From NCBI GenBank assembly GCA_021785515.1, contig JAJYEX010000002.1, positions 93,328 to 157,327 of the forward strand: 64,000 nt of DNA, read 5' to 3'. A program made the translations under genes and the position numbers. Below the pieces are notes generated by a model. It had not been told where the DNA came from. It was given only the letters and a program-made list of their open reading frames with translations, and searched no databases. The first letter of the stretch is position 1. Each line of letters starts with the position of its first letter. Source of the stretch: Pseudomonadota bacterium (GTDB lineage: Bacteria > Pseudomonadota > Gammaproteobacteria > Acidiferrobacterales > UBA6901). Below, in pieces: positions 43,562 through 51,294 of this stretch.

Positions 43562-44491
43562 ATGAACCTGAAATGGGATGACCTGCGGCTGTTCCTTGCG
43601 GTACACGAAGCGGGCAGCCTGAGCGGCGCGGCGCGGGCGCTGAGGCTCGGCCAGCCCACACTGAGCCGGCGCATTGCTGAACTGGAAGAGGCAGTGGGAG
43701 AACCGCTATTCGAGCGGCAAAGCCATGGCACCACGCTCACCGCCGTCGGGTTGAAGCTGCTGCCCGCAGCCCGAGGCATGGCTGAATGGGCCAGCGAAGC
43801 GGCGCTGAACCTGGGCAGCCAAACCCACCTTCCCGAAGGCAAGGTACGCATCGCAACACCTCCCGGGGTGGCCTACCATCTGGTGGCCCCGCTTGCGGCA
43901 AGAATCAGGCAGCGACACCCGCAGTTGCGCATCGAGGTGCTAGCCAGCATAGAGCCCCTCAATCTCGGGCGCGGCGAGGCAGACATGGCATTGCGCACCG
44001 TGCCTCCCGGCGACGAGGACACGGTATGTGTGGACCAAGTTTCCACCCGCATGCGTGTATTCGTGAGCAAGGATTACGCCGCGCGTCTACCTGCAGATGC
44101 CAGCCTCGCCGACCTCGACTGGATTGGTTGGGCCGCTCCTTATCACGAGCTGCGCACCAGTCTCGATCTGCAGACGCTTATTCCTGGCGTTATGCCTGCA
44201 TTTTCGTCGGATGATTTTATTGTACAGCTCGCGGCGTGCAGGGCAGGTGTGGGCGCAATGTTGTTACCGCAAGCAATGCACCTCTACCTTGGCCCCCATG
44301 AGCAGGCGTGCTGGCAGGAACTCCCTTTCGACCTTGGTCCGGATTCAGTGTGGACTCTCTACCTCGTCTGCCACAAGCGTTACCGCCACCTGCCCAAGGT
44401 ACGGCTAGCGATAGACTTTATCTCGCGCGAATTTGCCCGCATGCGGCAGGCAGGTGAGAGTTATGGCCAAATGTTGTGTACGCCGACATGA
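43562..44491 (+). CDS. LysR-family transcriptional regulator
   Basis: ATG 43562 after GGAGGAGAGG; LRLFLAVHEAGSLSGAARALRLGQPTLSRRIAELE HTH; divergent from the MBL hydrolase. Confidence 0.88.
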   Translation: MNLKWDDLRLFLAVHEAGSLSGAARALRLGQPTLSRRIAELEEAVGEPLFERQSHGTTLTAVGLKLLPAARGMAEWASEAALNLGSQTHLPEGKVRIATPPGVAYHLVAPLAARIRQRHPQLRIEVLASIEPLNLGRGEADMALRTVPPGDEDTVCVDQVSTRMRVFVSKDYAARLPADASLADLDWIGWAAPYHELRTSLDLQTLIPGVMPAFSSDDFIVQLAACRAGVGAMLLPQAMHLYLGPHEQACWQELPFDLGPDSVWTLYLVCHKRYRHLPKVRLAIDFISREFARMRQAGESYGQMLCTPT

Positions 44492-44670
44492 TCAGGCAGC
44501 GATCTCTGACAGCCTTGCTTGGGTACGGCGACTCCGTCTTTGAACACCACTCCGGTGATGACCTGGGCGATGCGTTCGGATCCCTTCATGTGGCACCAGC
44601 GGTTCTCGGCGCTTTTCACCAGTTTGAAGACCATCGAGAGGATGCTTGTTGATTTGCACGGAACTATGAC
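44492..44670 (-). pseudogene. IS256-family (mutator-type) transposase, extreme C-terminal remnant with a frameshift
   Basis: Reverse strand reads ..SILSMVFKLVKSAENRWCHMKGSERIAQVITGVVFKDGVAV, then shifts frame to ..EIAA-stop. This matches the conserved C-terminus of IS256-type transposases. Nothing upstream of it remains. Confidence 0.65.
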
Positions 44671-44752
44671 CTGTCCCTGGCGAATTCGTGGTCATGCCGC
44701 CACCGGTGTCTGAAGCAGACCATGGCAATGTGCCATCCAGTCAAACCGAGGG
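44671..44752 (+). repeat. solo copy A of the rve-IS terminal sequence
   Basis: CTGTCCCTGGCGAATTCGTGGTCATGCCGCCACCGGTGTCTGAAGCAGACCATGGCAATGTGCC.. is about 90% identical to the end of the defective IS at 45710-45791. Confidence 0.8.
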
Positions 44753-44777
44753 TTACGCTGACGGACACCCCTGGGCT

Positions 44778-45161
44778 CTAACCTTTTTCCAGCAATTTGA
44801 GCCCGACCGTCCTTTCGAAAATCCTGAAATCCCGGTCGCGCGTGACCAACGTTGCGCGATGGTCGAGGCAGCATTGCGCGATCAGCGTATCAGCCAGCTT
44901 AGCCTTATGGCCGCCGCGCAAAATCTTCGCCCTTAATAATCCCGCGCGCTCCCAGAATCCTTCCGACAGGGGAAGGACCGGGAGCTGTAAGATGACCTCC
45001 CGCACATTTTTGTCCAGCGATGGGTCGCTCAATACTTCTGTGACCGTGATCGGAGTGACGACGCCAACCTGATCGGCGAATGCCTGATCAATAATGCTGA
45101 CATCTTCACCCTCTGCGCCTTCGAGGTAAGCGATCAACGAGCTGGTATCAAGACAAAGCAT
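44778..45161 (-). CDS. vapC: PIN-domain toxin VapC
   Basis: MLCLDTSSLIAYL (first acidic residue), ..VTEVL.., ADTLIAQCCLDH.ATLVTRDRDF; start overlaps the vapB stop (TGATG). Confidence 0.88.
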   Translation of the reverse strand: MLCLDTSSLIAYLEGAEGEDVSIIDQAFADQVGVVTPITVTEVLSDPSLDKNVREVILQLPVLPLSEGFWERAGLLRAKILRGGHKAKLADTLIAQCCLDHRATLVTRDRDFRIFERTVGLKLLEKG

Positions 45162-45358
45162 CAGTCTTCGCGCAGCTCAGCCAGTGTGACGTGGAATTTC
45201 ACCTTGCCTTTGAGTTGCCGGAGCTTGGCGTAGGCCCCGCTGGCGGCCATCAATTCCAGTCCACGGCGAATGGTCGGCGTAATACCCTGGCCGGAGGCCG
45301 CAGTAGCGCGCTTCAACAGCTCTTCCGGAACCTGGATCGTAAGTTTCTTCAAGGCCAT
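45161..45358 (-). CDS. vapB: VapB-type antitoxin (65 aa)
   Basis: Small ORF immediately upstream of and overlapping vapC; MALKKLTIQVPEELLKR is ribbon-helix-helix-like. Confidence 0.75.
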   Translation of the reverse strand: MALKKLTIQVPEELLKRATAASGQGITPTIRRGLELMAASGAYAKLRQLKGKVKFHVTLAELRED

Positions 45359-45406
45359 TGAGCAAACCCCCAGAAAAAGTTATGCGCTAAAATAACACCA
45401 TAAAGC

Positions 45407-45428
45407 ATACCATATTCAAATATGGTAT
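45407..45428. promoter_or_regulatory. perfect palindrome upstream of vapBC (candidate VapB operator)
   Basis: ATACCATAT-TCAA-ATATGGTAT, 9-nt arms, about 50 nt upstream of the vapB start in an AT-rich patch. Confidence 0.6.
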
Positions 45429-45574
45429 TTGGTGGTGGTACCGGCCACTCTGCCAATTTTTTGCCAATGGGATCCCGGGCAATGCAGATTTATGCAGGTT
45501 TTTACAGGACTGGAAAACCGTTGGGCGTCGCAAAGCATTGATTTAATTAACAGTGTAGGGCATCAGTCGTCCAA

Positions 45575-45709
45575 CGAACCAGGCAGGTCAGAAGTTCGAA
45601 TCTCTCCGGGCGCGCCAGTTTTTCAAACACTTACATTTCTTCGCTGACACAAGAACCAAGCGGTCGTGCCAGATTTGTGTCACGCTTCCTGCTCCTGATG
45701 CGCTACCAC
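45575..45709 (+). repeat. direct repeat copy 2: tRNA-Arg 3' fragment, spacer and integrase 3' end (att scar)
   Basis: CGAACCAGGCAGGTCAGAAGTTCGAATCTCTCCGGGCGCGCCA followed by GTTTTTCAAACACTTACAT..CCTGATGCGCTACCAC. No 5' half of a tRNA, so it is not a gene. Confidence 0.85.
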
Positions 45710-46278
45710 CTGTCCCTGGCGAATTCATAGTCACGCTGCCACCGGTGTCTGAAACAGCCCATGGCAATGTGCCACCCAGTCAAACGCGAGGGCGTATTGT
45801 CCAAAAATTGCATCGCCAAGATTCACGCTGCCTGACGGTAGTAATAATGAGCATTCCGCCGAGGCGCTCGCGCCGGTGGACGGTGTCACGGCACAGAGGA
45901 GGGGCCACGGTAATGGGTTTCAGCAGGTGATTTTCCATCCCTTGGTGATTTCGTTCGGTATGATAGTGGGCCATGTACTCTTTAACGGCGTGCCGCAGTG
46001 AGGCTTCCCCCAGGAATATCATTCAGTTCAGGCACTCCTCTTTAATCGAGCGCACGAACCGATCGGCGTAGGCGTTGAGATTGGGGGATCGTGGGGGCAG
46101 ACGGATGATTTTGATGCCCTTGTCCTCGATCAGGCGGCGGAAGGCAGCGGAATATTTTGGCATCCCGATCCAGGGTGAGAATTCGTTTTCCGTTGAGGGG
46201 GAACCCATCCGTCGCGTCGGTGAGGTTGCGCGCCACCTGCATCATCCAGCGTTCATTCAATTCGCCAGGGAGATCGTC
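45710..46278 (-). mobile_element. internally deleted, defective rve-type (IS481/IS3-superfamily-like) insertion sequence with both terminal inverted repeats
   Basis: The outer end CTGTCCCTGGCGAATTC (45710) and the inverted copy GAATTCGCCAGGGAGAT (46262-46278) bracket only the C-terminal half of the transposase. The 46262-46278 end is fused directly to codon region ..[11 protein letters not shown]. Confidence 0.7.
45823..46260 (-). pseudogene. DDE (rve) transposase, C-terminal half with one in-frame TGA and at least two frameshifts
   Basis: [24 protein letters not shown].. / ..[61 protein letters not shown]. The family terminus HYYYRQAA-stop is readable only in a shifted frame, ending near 45823. 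Confidence 0.75.
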
Positions 46279-46305
46279 TTGTTGTGGTTGTTTCCTTAAT
46301 GTATA

Positions 46306-46334
46306 TTGACAATTATCTATTGTCAGATTAGGGT
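46306..46334 (+). promoter_or_regulatory. candidate higBA promoter with overlapping inverted repeat
   Basis: TTGACA (46306-46311), 17-nt spacer, TAGGGT (46329-46334). Inverted repeat TGACAAT-TATCT-ATTGTCA (46307-46325) spans the -35/spacer. Confidence 0.5.
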
Positions 46335-46360
46335 AAGCAAAGGCAGGGAGGGCAGGCGCT

Positions 46361-46639
46361 TTGATTCAGAGCTTCCGGCACAAGGGACTGAAACGGCTCT
46401 ATGAGAAGGACATCGCCAAGGGCCTCTCTGCGGATATAGAGCCGAAGATTGCGCGGGTACTGGCCCGCCTCGACGTAGCGGCTAGACCGGAGATGATGAA
46501 CCTGCCGGGTTTGAACCTGCATCCCCTGAAAGGAGAGCTGAGAGGATTCTGGGCTGTGTGGGTCACGGGCAACTGGCGGATCATCTTCCGCTTCGATGGA
46601 AGCCACGCATGTGATGTTGATCTGGTCGATTATCACTGA
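46361..46639 (+). CDS. higB: HigB toxin (RelE/ParE superfamily, plasmid-maintenance killer type)
   Basis: TTG start; [16 protein letters not shown]....I....KI.R.L..L.......M..PG..LH.LKG.L.G.W.V.V.GNWRI.F.F....A..VDLVDYH. Confidence 0.88.
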   Translation: MIQSFRHKGLKRLYEKDIAKGLSADIEPKIARVLARLDVAARPEMMNLPGLNLHPLKGELRGFWAVWVTGNWRIIFRFDGSHACDVDLVDYH

Positions 46640-46658
46640 CCGGGATGGAGGTAGTGAA

Positions 46659-46976
46659 ATGACGATGAAAAACCCGCCGCACCCCGGATTGTCGGTGCGC
46701 CATGACTGCCTGGAGCCGCTCAGGCTCTCCGTTACGAAAGGGGCGGAGGTTCTCGGCGTAAAGCGCCAGACGCTCAACAACCTTGTGAACGGCAAGGCGG
46801 GAATTTCACCAGAAATGGCGATCCGCCTCGATAAGGCCTTCGGCGGCACGGCCGAAGGCTGGCTTGCGCTCCAGACAGCGTTCGATCTGGCGCAAGCACG
46901 CAAGAATGAGAAGTCGATCATCGTAAAACGGTACAAAGGCGCCTCTGGGGCAGAACATCAAGGCGCTTGGAAATAA
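46659..46976 (+). CDS. higA: HigA antitoxin (XRE-family HTH)
   Basis: ATG 46659 after GGAGGT; NPPHPGL.....[42 protein letters not shown]. Confidence 0.88.
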   Translation: MTMKNPPHPGLSVRHDCLEPLRLSVTKGAEVLGVKRQTLNNLVNGKAGISPEMAIRLDKAFGGTAEGWLALQTAFDLAQARKNEKSIIVKRYKGASGAEHQGAWK

Positions 46977-47201
46977 ATCACGATGTGGGTGGCTAATTTC
47001 TAGTTGAGGTCAAGCGAAAATACAAATCAACAGTCGGGACTTATCTACTAGTTGCCGTAGTTTCCGGAGTAGTGGCCATCATTTTCTTGCGGGACTTTTG
47101 CGGGGATTAGTTGTGCATGGTTCTGCAAAGTCCTGCAAAATGCGCAACGGGCGTCCGGTGTTGGTTGAAAAAAAACAACCGGTTACCAATTCAAGAACTA
47201 A

Positions 47202-47246
47202 CTACGAACCAGGTGGTCGGGAGTTCGAATCTCTCCGGGCGTGCCA
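47202..47246 (+). repeat. direct repeat copy 3: tRNA-Arg anticodon-to-3'-end fragment (att scar)
   Basis: CTACGAACCAGGTGGTCGGGAGTTCGAATCTCTCCGGGCGTGCCA; one mismatch to 41965-42009; no 5' half. Confidence 0.85.
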
Positions 47247-47291
47247 TATAATCAATAGCGTAGCCACATTATCGCCCGCAGAGAATGGGGC

Positions 47292-47969
47292 ATGGAGTCA
47301 CTATCAAATCCGGTCGAGATGGTGCGCAGATCGAAACTCCCATCCGGCCGGGATCGCCGCCTTGTGAGTGACGAGGAATCCCGCCTTGTCGCCGCCGCGC
47401 AGAATTATGGCGGTGAGATAGTGCGCATCATCCCTTGGGCCATTGAGACGGCCATGCGCCGTGGCGAGATCGCAGCCATGCGCTGGGATCACGTGAACCG
47501 AACGGTGCGCGTGCTGCTCATTTTAAAGTTTAAGACCGACACGCTCCGACGGGTACCCTTGTCATTAAAGGTTCTGGCAGCCTTGGATGAGTAACCCCAA
47601 CGCATCGATGGGCGGGTGCGGTCTGTCGAGCCGGAGTCCATGAGCCAGGCGTTTGAGCGCATTGGTGATCGTGCCCGGGAAGCATACGAGAGCGAATGCA
47701 GGAGGAGCGGCGTCAAGCCGGATGAGAAGATGTTCAAGGATCTGCGGTTCCACGATCTGCGGCACGAAGCAACCTCGCGGCTCTTCGAGAGAGGACGGAA
47801 CCCCATGGAGGTCTCGAGCATCACTGGCCACAAGACGCTTCAGATGTTAAAACAGGCACGGTGTTCGAGATCGTTCCATAGCGCAAAGAGATTTAATGGC
47901 GGTGATAACTTTCCGGATTTGATCCACAAGGACAGGACCCAGATGCATCGTCAGACGCAACTTGAGTAG
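47292..47969 (+). pseudogene. tyrosine recombinase (island integrase): N-terminally truncated, in-frame TAA at 47595, C-terminus scrambled before the catalytic Tyr
   Basis: AIETAMRRGEIAAMRWDHV....R.L.I..KT...R.VPLS, then a stop. It continues in the same frame with ..SQAFERI.., [35 protein letters not shown], after which similarity ends (no RYTHL). Confidence 0.8.
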
Positions 47970-48053
47970 GTGAATGAATCGATCGGCCTGGATGGTTCAG
48001 TATTCGATGCAAAGGAATGAAATCATGGAAACATTTTAGCGTGCTAATCAACA
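47939..48053 (+). repeat. 115-nt direct repeat, left copy (integrase 3' end plus downstream sequence)
   Basis: Aligns without gaps to 57998-58112 with about 20 mismatches by eye (roughly 83% identity). Confidence 0.8.
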
Positions 48054-48119
48054 CAAAGTTCTTACGTGAGGCAACGATGCGATTTGCTTAGGTTTTGGAT
48101 GAGGCAATTCGCAAGCAGC

Positions 48120-48149
48120 TTGACAGTCAATCGGAATCAAAGATATTAT
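48120..48149 (+). promoter_or_regulatory. candidate sigma70 promoter for the copper-efflux operon
   Basis: TTGACA (48120-48125), 18-nt spacer, TATTAT (48144-48149); a near-consensus pair in a GC-rich genome, 42 nt upstream of ATG 48191. Confidence 0.55.
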
Positions 48150-48190
48150 CCGCGCATGGCGCATGTTCCTCACCCATCATAGACTGCCAT

Positions 48191-48607
48191 ATGACCTCGG
48201 CGCTTGCCATGCTGCGGCGGTTACGGCACAACCCGATTGTCCTGTTCGGCGGTTTGGCGCTTGTTTTCGTTATTTTGCTCCAGGTCTGTTTCACACCCAA
48301 AGCGGCAGCGTCTGCAGCATCGATGTCGGCCATGACCGCAGACTGCGGGCCTGCCGGTGTGCCTCAGGGCCATCAAGTGCCTGCGTGCTGCCAGCCTGGA
48401 CATTTAGTGCTTTGCGCCGGTCAATCCCTCGCCATGGACACCAGCCCGGGATATGCGTCGAGCAGCGCGCTGGCAATTCTTCCCGTTACTGCGGTCCGCA
48501 TTGTTCGTTTACGGCAGCAGAGTAGGGGTCGGTCACCCGAACCCGCTGATTTTCGAACTCCTTCCTCCCAAGCGTTGTATCTGCGCCACGGCCGTTTCCT
48601 GATTTAA
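48191..48607 (+). CDS. membrane-anchored Cys/His/Met-rich protein in the CzcI / DUF2946 position (family assignment tentative)
   Basis: ATG 48191 gives MTSALAMLRRLRHNPIVLFGGLALVFVILLQVCF (one TM). It continues SMSAMTADCGPAGVPQGHQVPACCQPGHLVLC. First gene of the cus cluster. Start and reality of this ORF are less certain than for its neighbours. Confidence 0.45.
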   Translation: MTSALAMLRRLRHNPIVLFGGLALVFVILLQVCFTPKAAASAASMSAMTADCGPAGVPQGHQVPACCQPGHLVLCAGQSLAMDTSPGYASSSALAILPVTAVRIVRLRQQSRGRSPEPADFRTPSSQALYLRHGRFLI

Positions 48608-48674
48608 CCGATCCTCATTCGTAACCGTGCGCGCCACGCACCTGCGTGGCAGCTTCGCTGCGTGAGGATTTCAC

Positions 48675-49979
48675 ATGTCGTCTCGATACGTTTGTCGTAC
48701 GGTTGTGCTCGTGGCCGCACTGGCCACGAGTGTTCCGGTGTGGGCGCGGATCCTGCGGTCTTCCGGTCTCATTCCCTCGCCACTAACCCTGCACAATGCG
48801 CTACGGCTGGCGCTTGCTCGCTCCCCGGCACTGGCTCAGGCACGCGCCGAGATCGAGGCGGGCCAAAGTGAGGAGAAATATCGCAGCCAGCTACCGGATC
48901 CCGTGCTTACGCTGGGTGCTCAGAACCTTCCCGCGGATACGCTCGCGTTGAATCAAAGCGGCATGTCCATGCTGGGCATCGGTCTGTCCCAGAAATTCCC
49001 GCCGCCCGGAAAGCTCGGATTGATCCACCGGCAACTGGAACGGGACACCGCTGTGCTGCGCTACCGCATGCAGAATCTCAAGGCCGGGGTCGTGCGCGCG
49101 GTACGCCGCGCTTGGCTGGCGCTTTATTACGACGACCACGCGCTCCACATCCTCCATGAAAACCAGGCATTGTATCGCCGGATTGAACAGGTTGCGCTTT
49201 CCCGCTACCGGGCAGGTCGAGGACAAGCCGCCGACGTTCTCAAAGCACGGCTGGCGGCTGAGGACCTGATCGACCAAGAAGACGCGTGGCGCTCCAAACG
49301 TCGCCAGGCGCAAAGCCGCCTGGCTCAATTGCTCGATCTGCCGTCGTTTGACGGCATCACTGTCGCACAGACATTCCCCCGCTTGCCTGCGATTCCGCCG
49401 CTACAAACATTGCTGACAAATCTGAGTCACCATCCCGTCGTAGTCGCCCAGGACAACGTCATCCGTGCCGCACAATTCGATGTTGCCGCAGCGCGCCGGG
49501 ATTTTTATCCGTCCTACGAGATCAGTGCCGGATATGCACATCGTGCTACCCCCGGGGTTCGCGCGCCCAACCTAGTATCCGTTGGCGTAAGCCTGAGCCT
49601 GCCGCTATTCCCCGGCGAGCGCCAGGACGCTCGCCTGCACCGCCGGGAGGCGCAAACACAGGCCGCGCGCGATCAGCGCGACGACCTGCTGTTGAGCCTC
49701 CGCCGGCAGGCACAATCACGCTATGCGGAGTATGACGCCCTCACGCGGCGCGTCCAGTTACTGCAGCAAAGGTTGGTACCGGATGCCAGAGAGACGGTGA
49801 CAGTCAGCCTCTCGGCCTATCGCGCGGGCGCGCTGTCATTGACCGAGGTACTGCACGCACAGCGCGCCGTACTCAACCAGACGCTTCGACTGTGGGCCTT
49901 AAAGGCCGACCTGGCAAGCGTTATTGCCGACCTGGACTACCTGGCAACATCTACCGAGGGGCATTTCCATGCGTACTGA
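48675..49979 (+). CDS. cusC: outer-membrane efflux protein (TolC family, CusC/CzcC type)
   Basis: Signal peptide, LTLHNALRLALARSPAL.QA, two OEP repeats; 434 aa. Confidence 0.88.
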   Translation: MSSRYVCRTVVLVAALATSVPVWARILRSSGLIPSPLTLHNALRLALARSPALAQARAEIEAGQSEEKYRSQLPDPVLTLGAQNLPADTLALNQSGMSMLGIGLSQKFPPPGKLGLIHRQLERDTAVLRYRMQNLKAGVVRAVRRAWLALYYDDHALHILHENQALYRRIEQVALSRYRAGRGQAADVLKARLAAEDLIDQEDAWRSKRRQAQSRLAQLLDLPSFDGITVAQTFPRLPAIPPLQTLLTNLSHHPVVVAQDNVIRAAQFDVAAARRDFYPSYEISAGYAHRATPGVRAPNLVSVGVSLSLPLFPGERQDARLHRREAQTQAARDQRDDLLLSLRRQAQSRYAEYDALTRRVQLLQQRLVPDARETVTVSLSAYRAGALSLTEVLHAQRAVLNQTLRLWALKADLASVIADLDYLATSTEGHFHAY

Positions 49980-51294
49980 GAAAGTGGTGATCATGCTGGG
50001 TATCTTTATCGCCGGTGTGGCTGCCGGAGGCGCCGGGCTCTGGCTGCTCAGACGCATGGATCCGCGGCCAGCGCAAACAGTCGGTGTAAACCGGCTTCCT
50101 CCTGCCACAGGACGCAAAATCCTGTACTACCGCGCTCCCATGAACCCGGCCGTTCACTCGCCGGTGCCGATGAAAGACAGCATGGGCATGCCGTATATCC
50201 CGGTTTATGCCGGAACGGCATCCAAGCCGTCGCAGCCGGGGTTGATTCGCATTGACCCCCGATTGGTGCAGAACTTCGGCGTGCAGACAGCGCCGGTGGC
50301 CGAGGGCCCGTTGAGCCGCGCGATCGATGCGCCCGGTACGGTGGCGGTCGATCAGCGCTTGGTCAGCACGCTCAATCCGCGGGTCAGCGGATGGCTGGTT
50401 CGCCTGGTTCCGCGTGCGGTAGGCGACACGGTTCATCGCGGCGAGGCGGTGGCCTCGCTTTACTCGCCGCAGCTCTATCAGGCGGAACGTGACTATCTGG
50501 TGCTACGTGCCGGGCGGTCCGACGGCCCAGACGGCGCACACCCGCTGCGCCAGGCGGCGGCGGAGCGGCTGCGCCTGCTCGGGCTGAGCAACACACAGGT
50601 GCGCCGGCTGGCGGAAGAGGGCAGGGCGCAGTACACCACGCCGCTGCTGGCCGCCCATGGTGGCATCGTGACCCGGCTCGGGGCGCGCGAAGGCGGTTAC
50701 GTAACACCGGCGACCTCGCTGCTGACGGTTACCGGCCTGCGCCGCGTGTGGGTAAACGTGGCGCTCTACCCAGACCAGGCGCCCTGGGTGAGGCTGGGCG
50801 ATGCTGCGACGCTGCGTCTGCCTTCCGTTCCAGGACGCGTGTGGCACGGCCGCATCGCCTTCGTCTATCCCACCGTGAACGACCGCAGCCGCACGGTGAC
50901 GGCCAGGCTGAGTTTTCCGAATCCGGACCGTGTGCTGCGCCCAGGTCTGTACGCCAGCGTCCGCATCGACGCTCATCCGATTGCGAGGACCCTCTATGTC
51001 GCGCGCTCGGCGGTGTTGCATGACGGTCGCGACCGGGCTTACGTGTTCATCGCCCGGGGCCGGGGCCACTTTCGGCTGGTGGCGGTGCGCACCGGCATCG
51101 AGACGCCCGGGCGGGCCCAGATCCTCGCCGGACTGCAGCACGGAGAAATGGTGGTGACCCACGGGCAATTCATGCTGGATGCGGATGCGCAGATTCACGG
51201 CATCGCGGCACGCACGAATGATCCCACGCCAGACGCAGCGCAGAAAGGCGCCCGCGCCGTGCAGAGTGCGGCCATGCCGGGAGGCAGCCCATGA
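49969..51294 (+). CDS. cusB: heavy-metal efflux membrane-fusion protein (CusB type)
   Basis: ATG 49969 (MRTEKVVIMLGIFIAG..) overlaps the cusC end by 11 nt; YYRAPMNPAVHSPVPMKDSMGMPYIPVY Met-rich N-terminal region as in CusB; HlyD-like barrel. Confidence 0.88.
   Translation: MRTEKVVIMLGIFIAGVAAGGAGLWLLRRMDPRPAQTVGVNRLPPATGRKILYYRAPMNPAVHSPVPMKDSMGMPYIPVYAGTASKPSQPGLIRIDPRLVQNFGVQTAPVAEGPLSRAIDAPGTVAVDQRLVSTLNPRVSGWLVRLVPRAVGDTVHRGEAVASLYSPQLYQAERDYLVLRAGRSDGPDGAHPLRQAAAERLRLLGLSNTQVRRLAEEGRAQYTTPLLAAHGGIVTRLGAREGGYVTPATSLLTVTGLRRVWVNVALYPDQAPWVRLGDAATLRLPSVPGRVWHGRIAFVYPTVNDRSRTVTARLSFPNPDRVLRPGLYASVRIDAHPIARTLYVARSAVLHDGRDRAYVFIARGRGHFRLVAVRTGIETPGRAQILAGLQHGEMVVTHGQFMLDADAQIHGIAARTNDPTPDAAQKGARAVQSAAMPGGSP

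Noticed and set aside
44688-44936. Short ORFs 44688-44936 (+), 44692-44874 (-) and 45745-45930 (+)
   Set aside because: They are generated by the repeated IS terminal sequence and overlap vapC or the transposase pseudogene. Their similarity to each other is explained by the DNA repeat, not by coding.
45575-45617. Possible additional tRNA-Arg genes at 45575-45617 and 47202-47246
   Set aside because: Only the anticodon/T-arm/acceptor 3' portion is present. There is no D-arm or 5' acceptor strand upstream, so they cannot fold as tRNAs. They are interpreted as att duplications.
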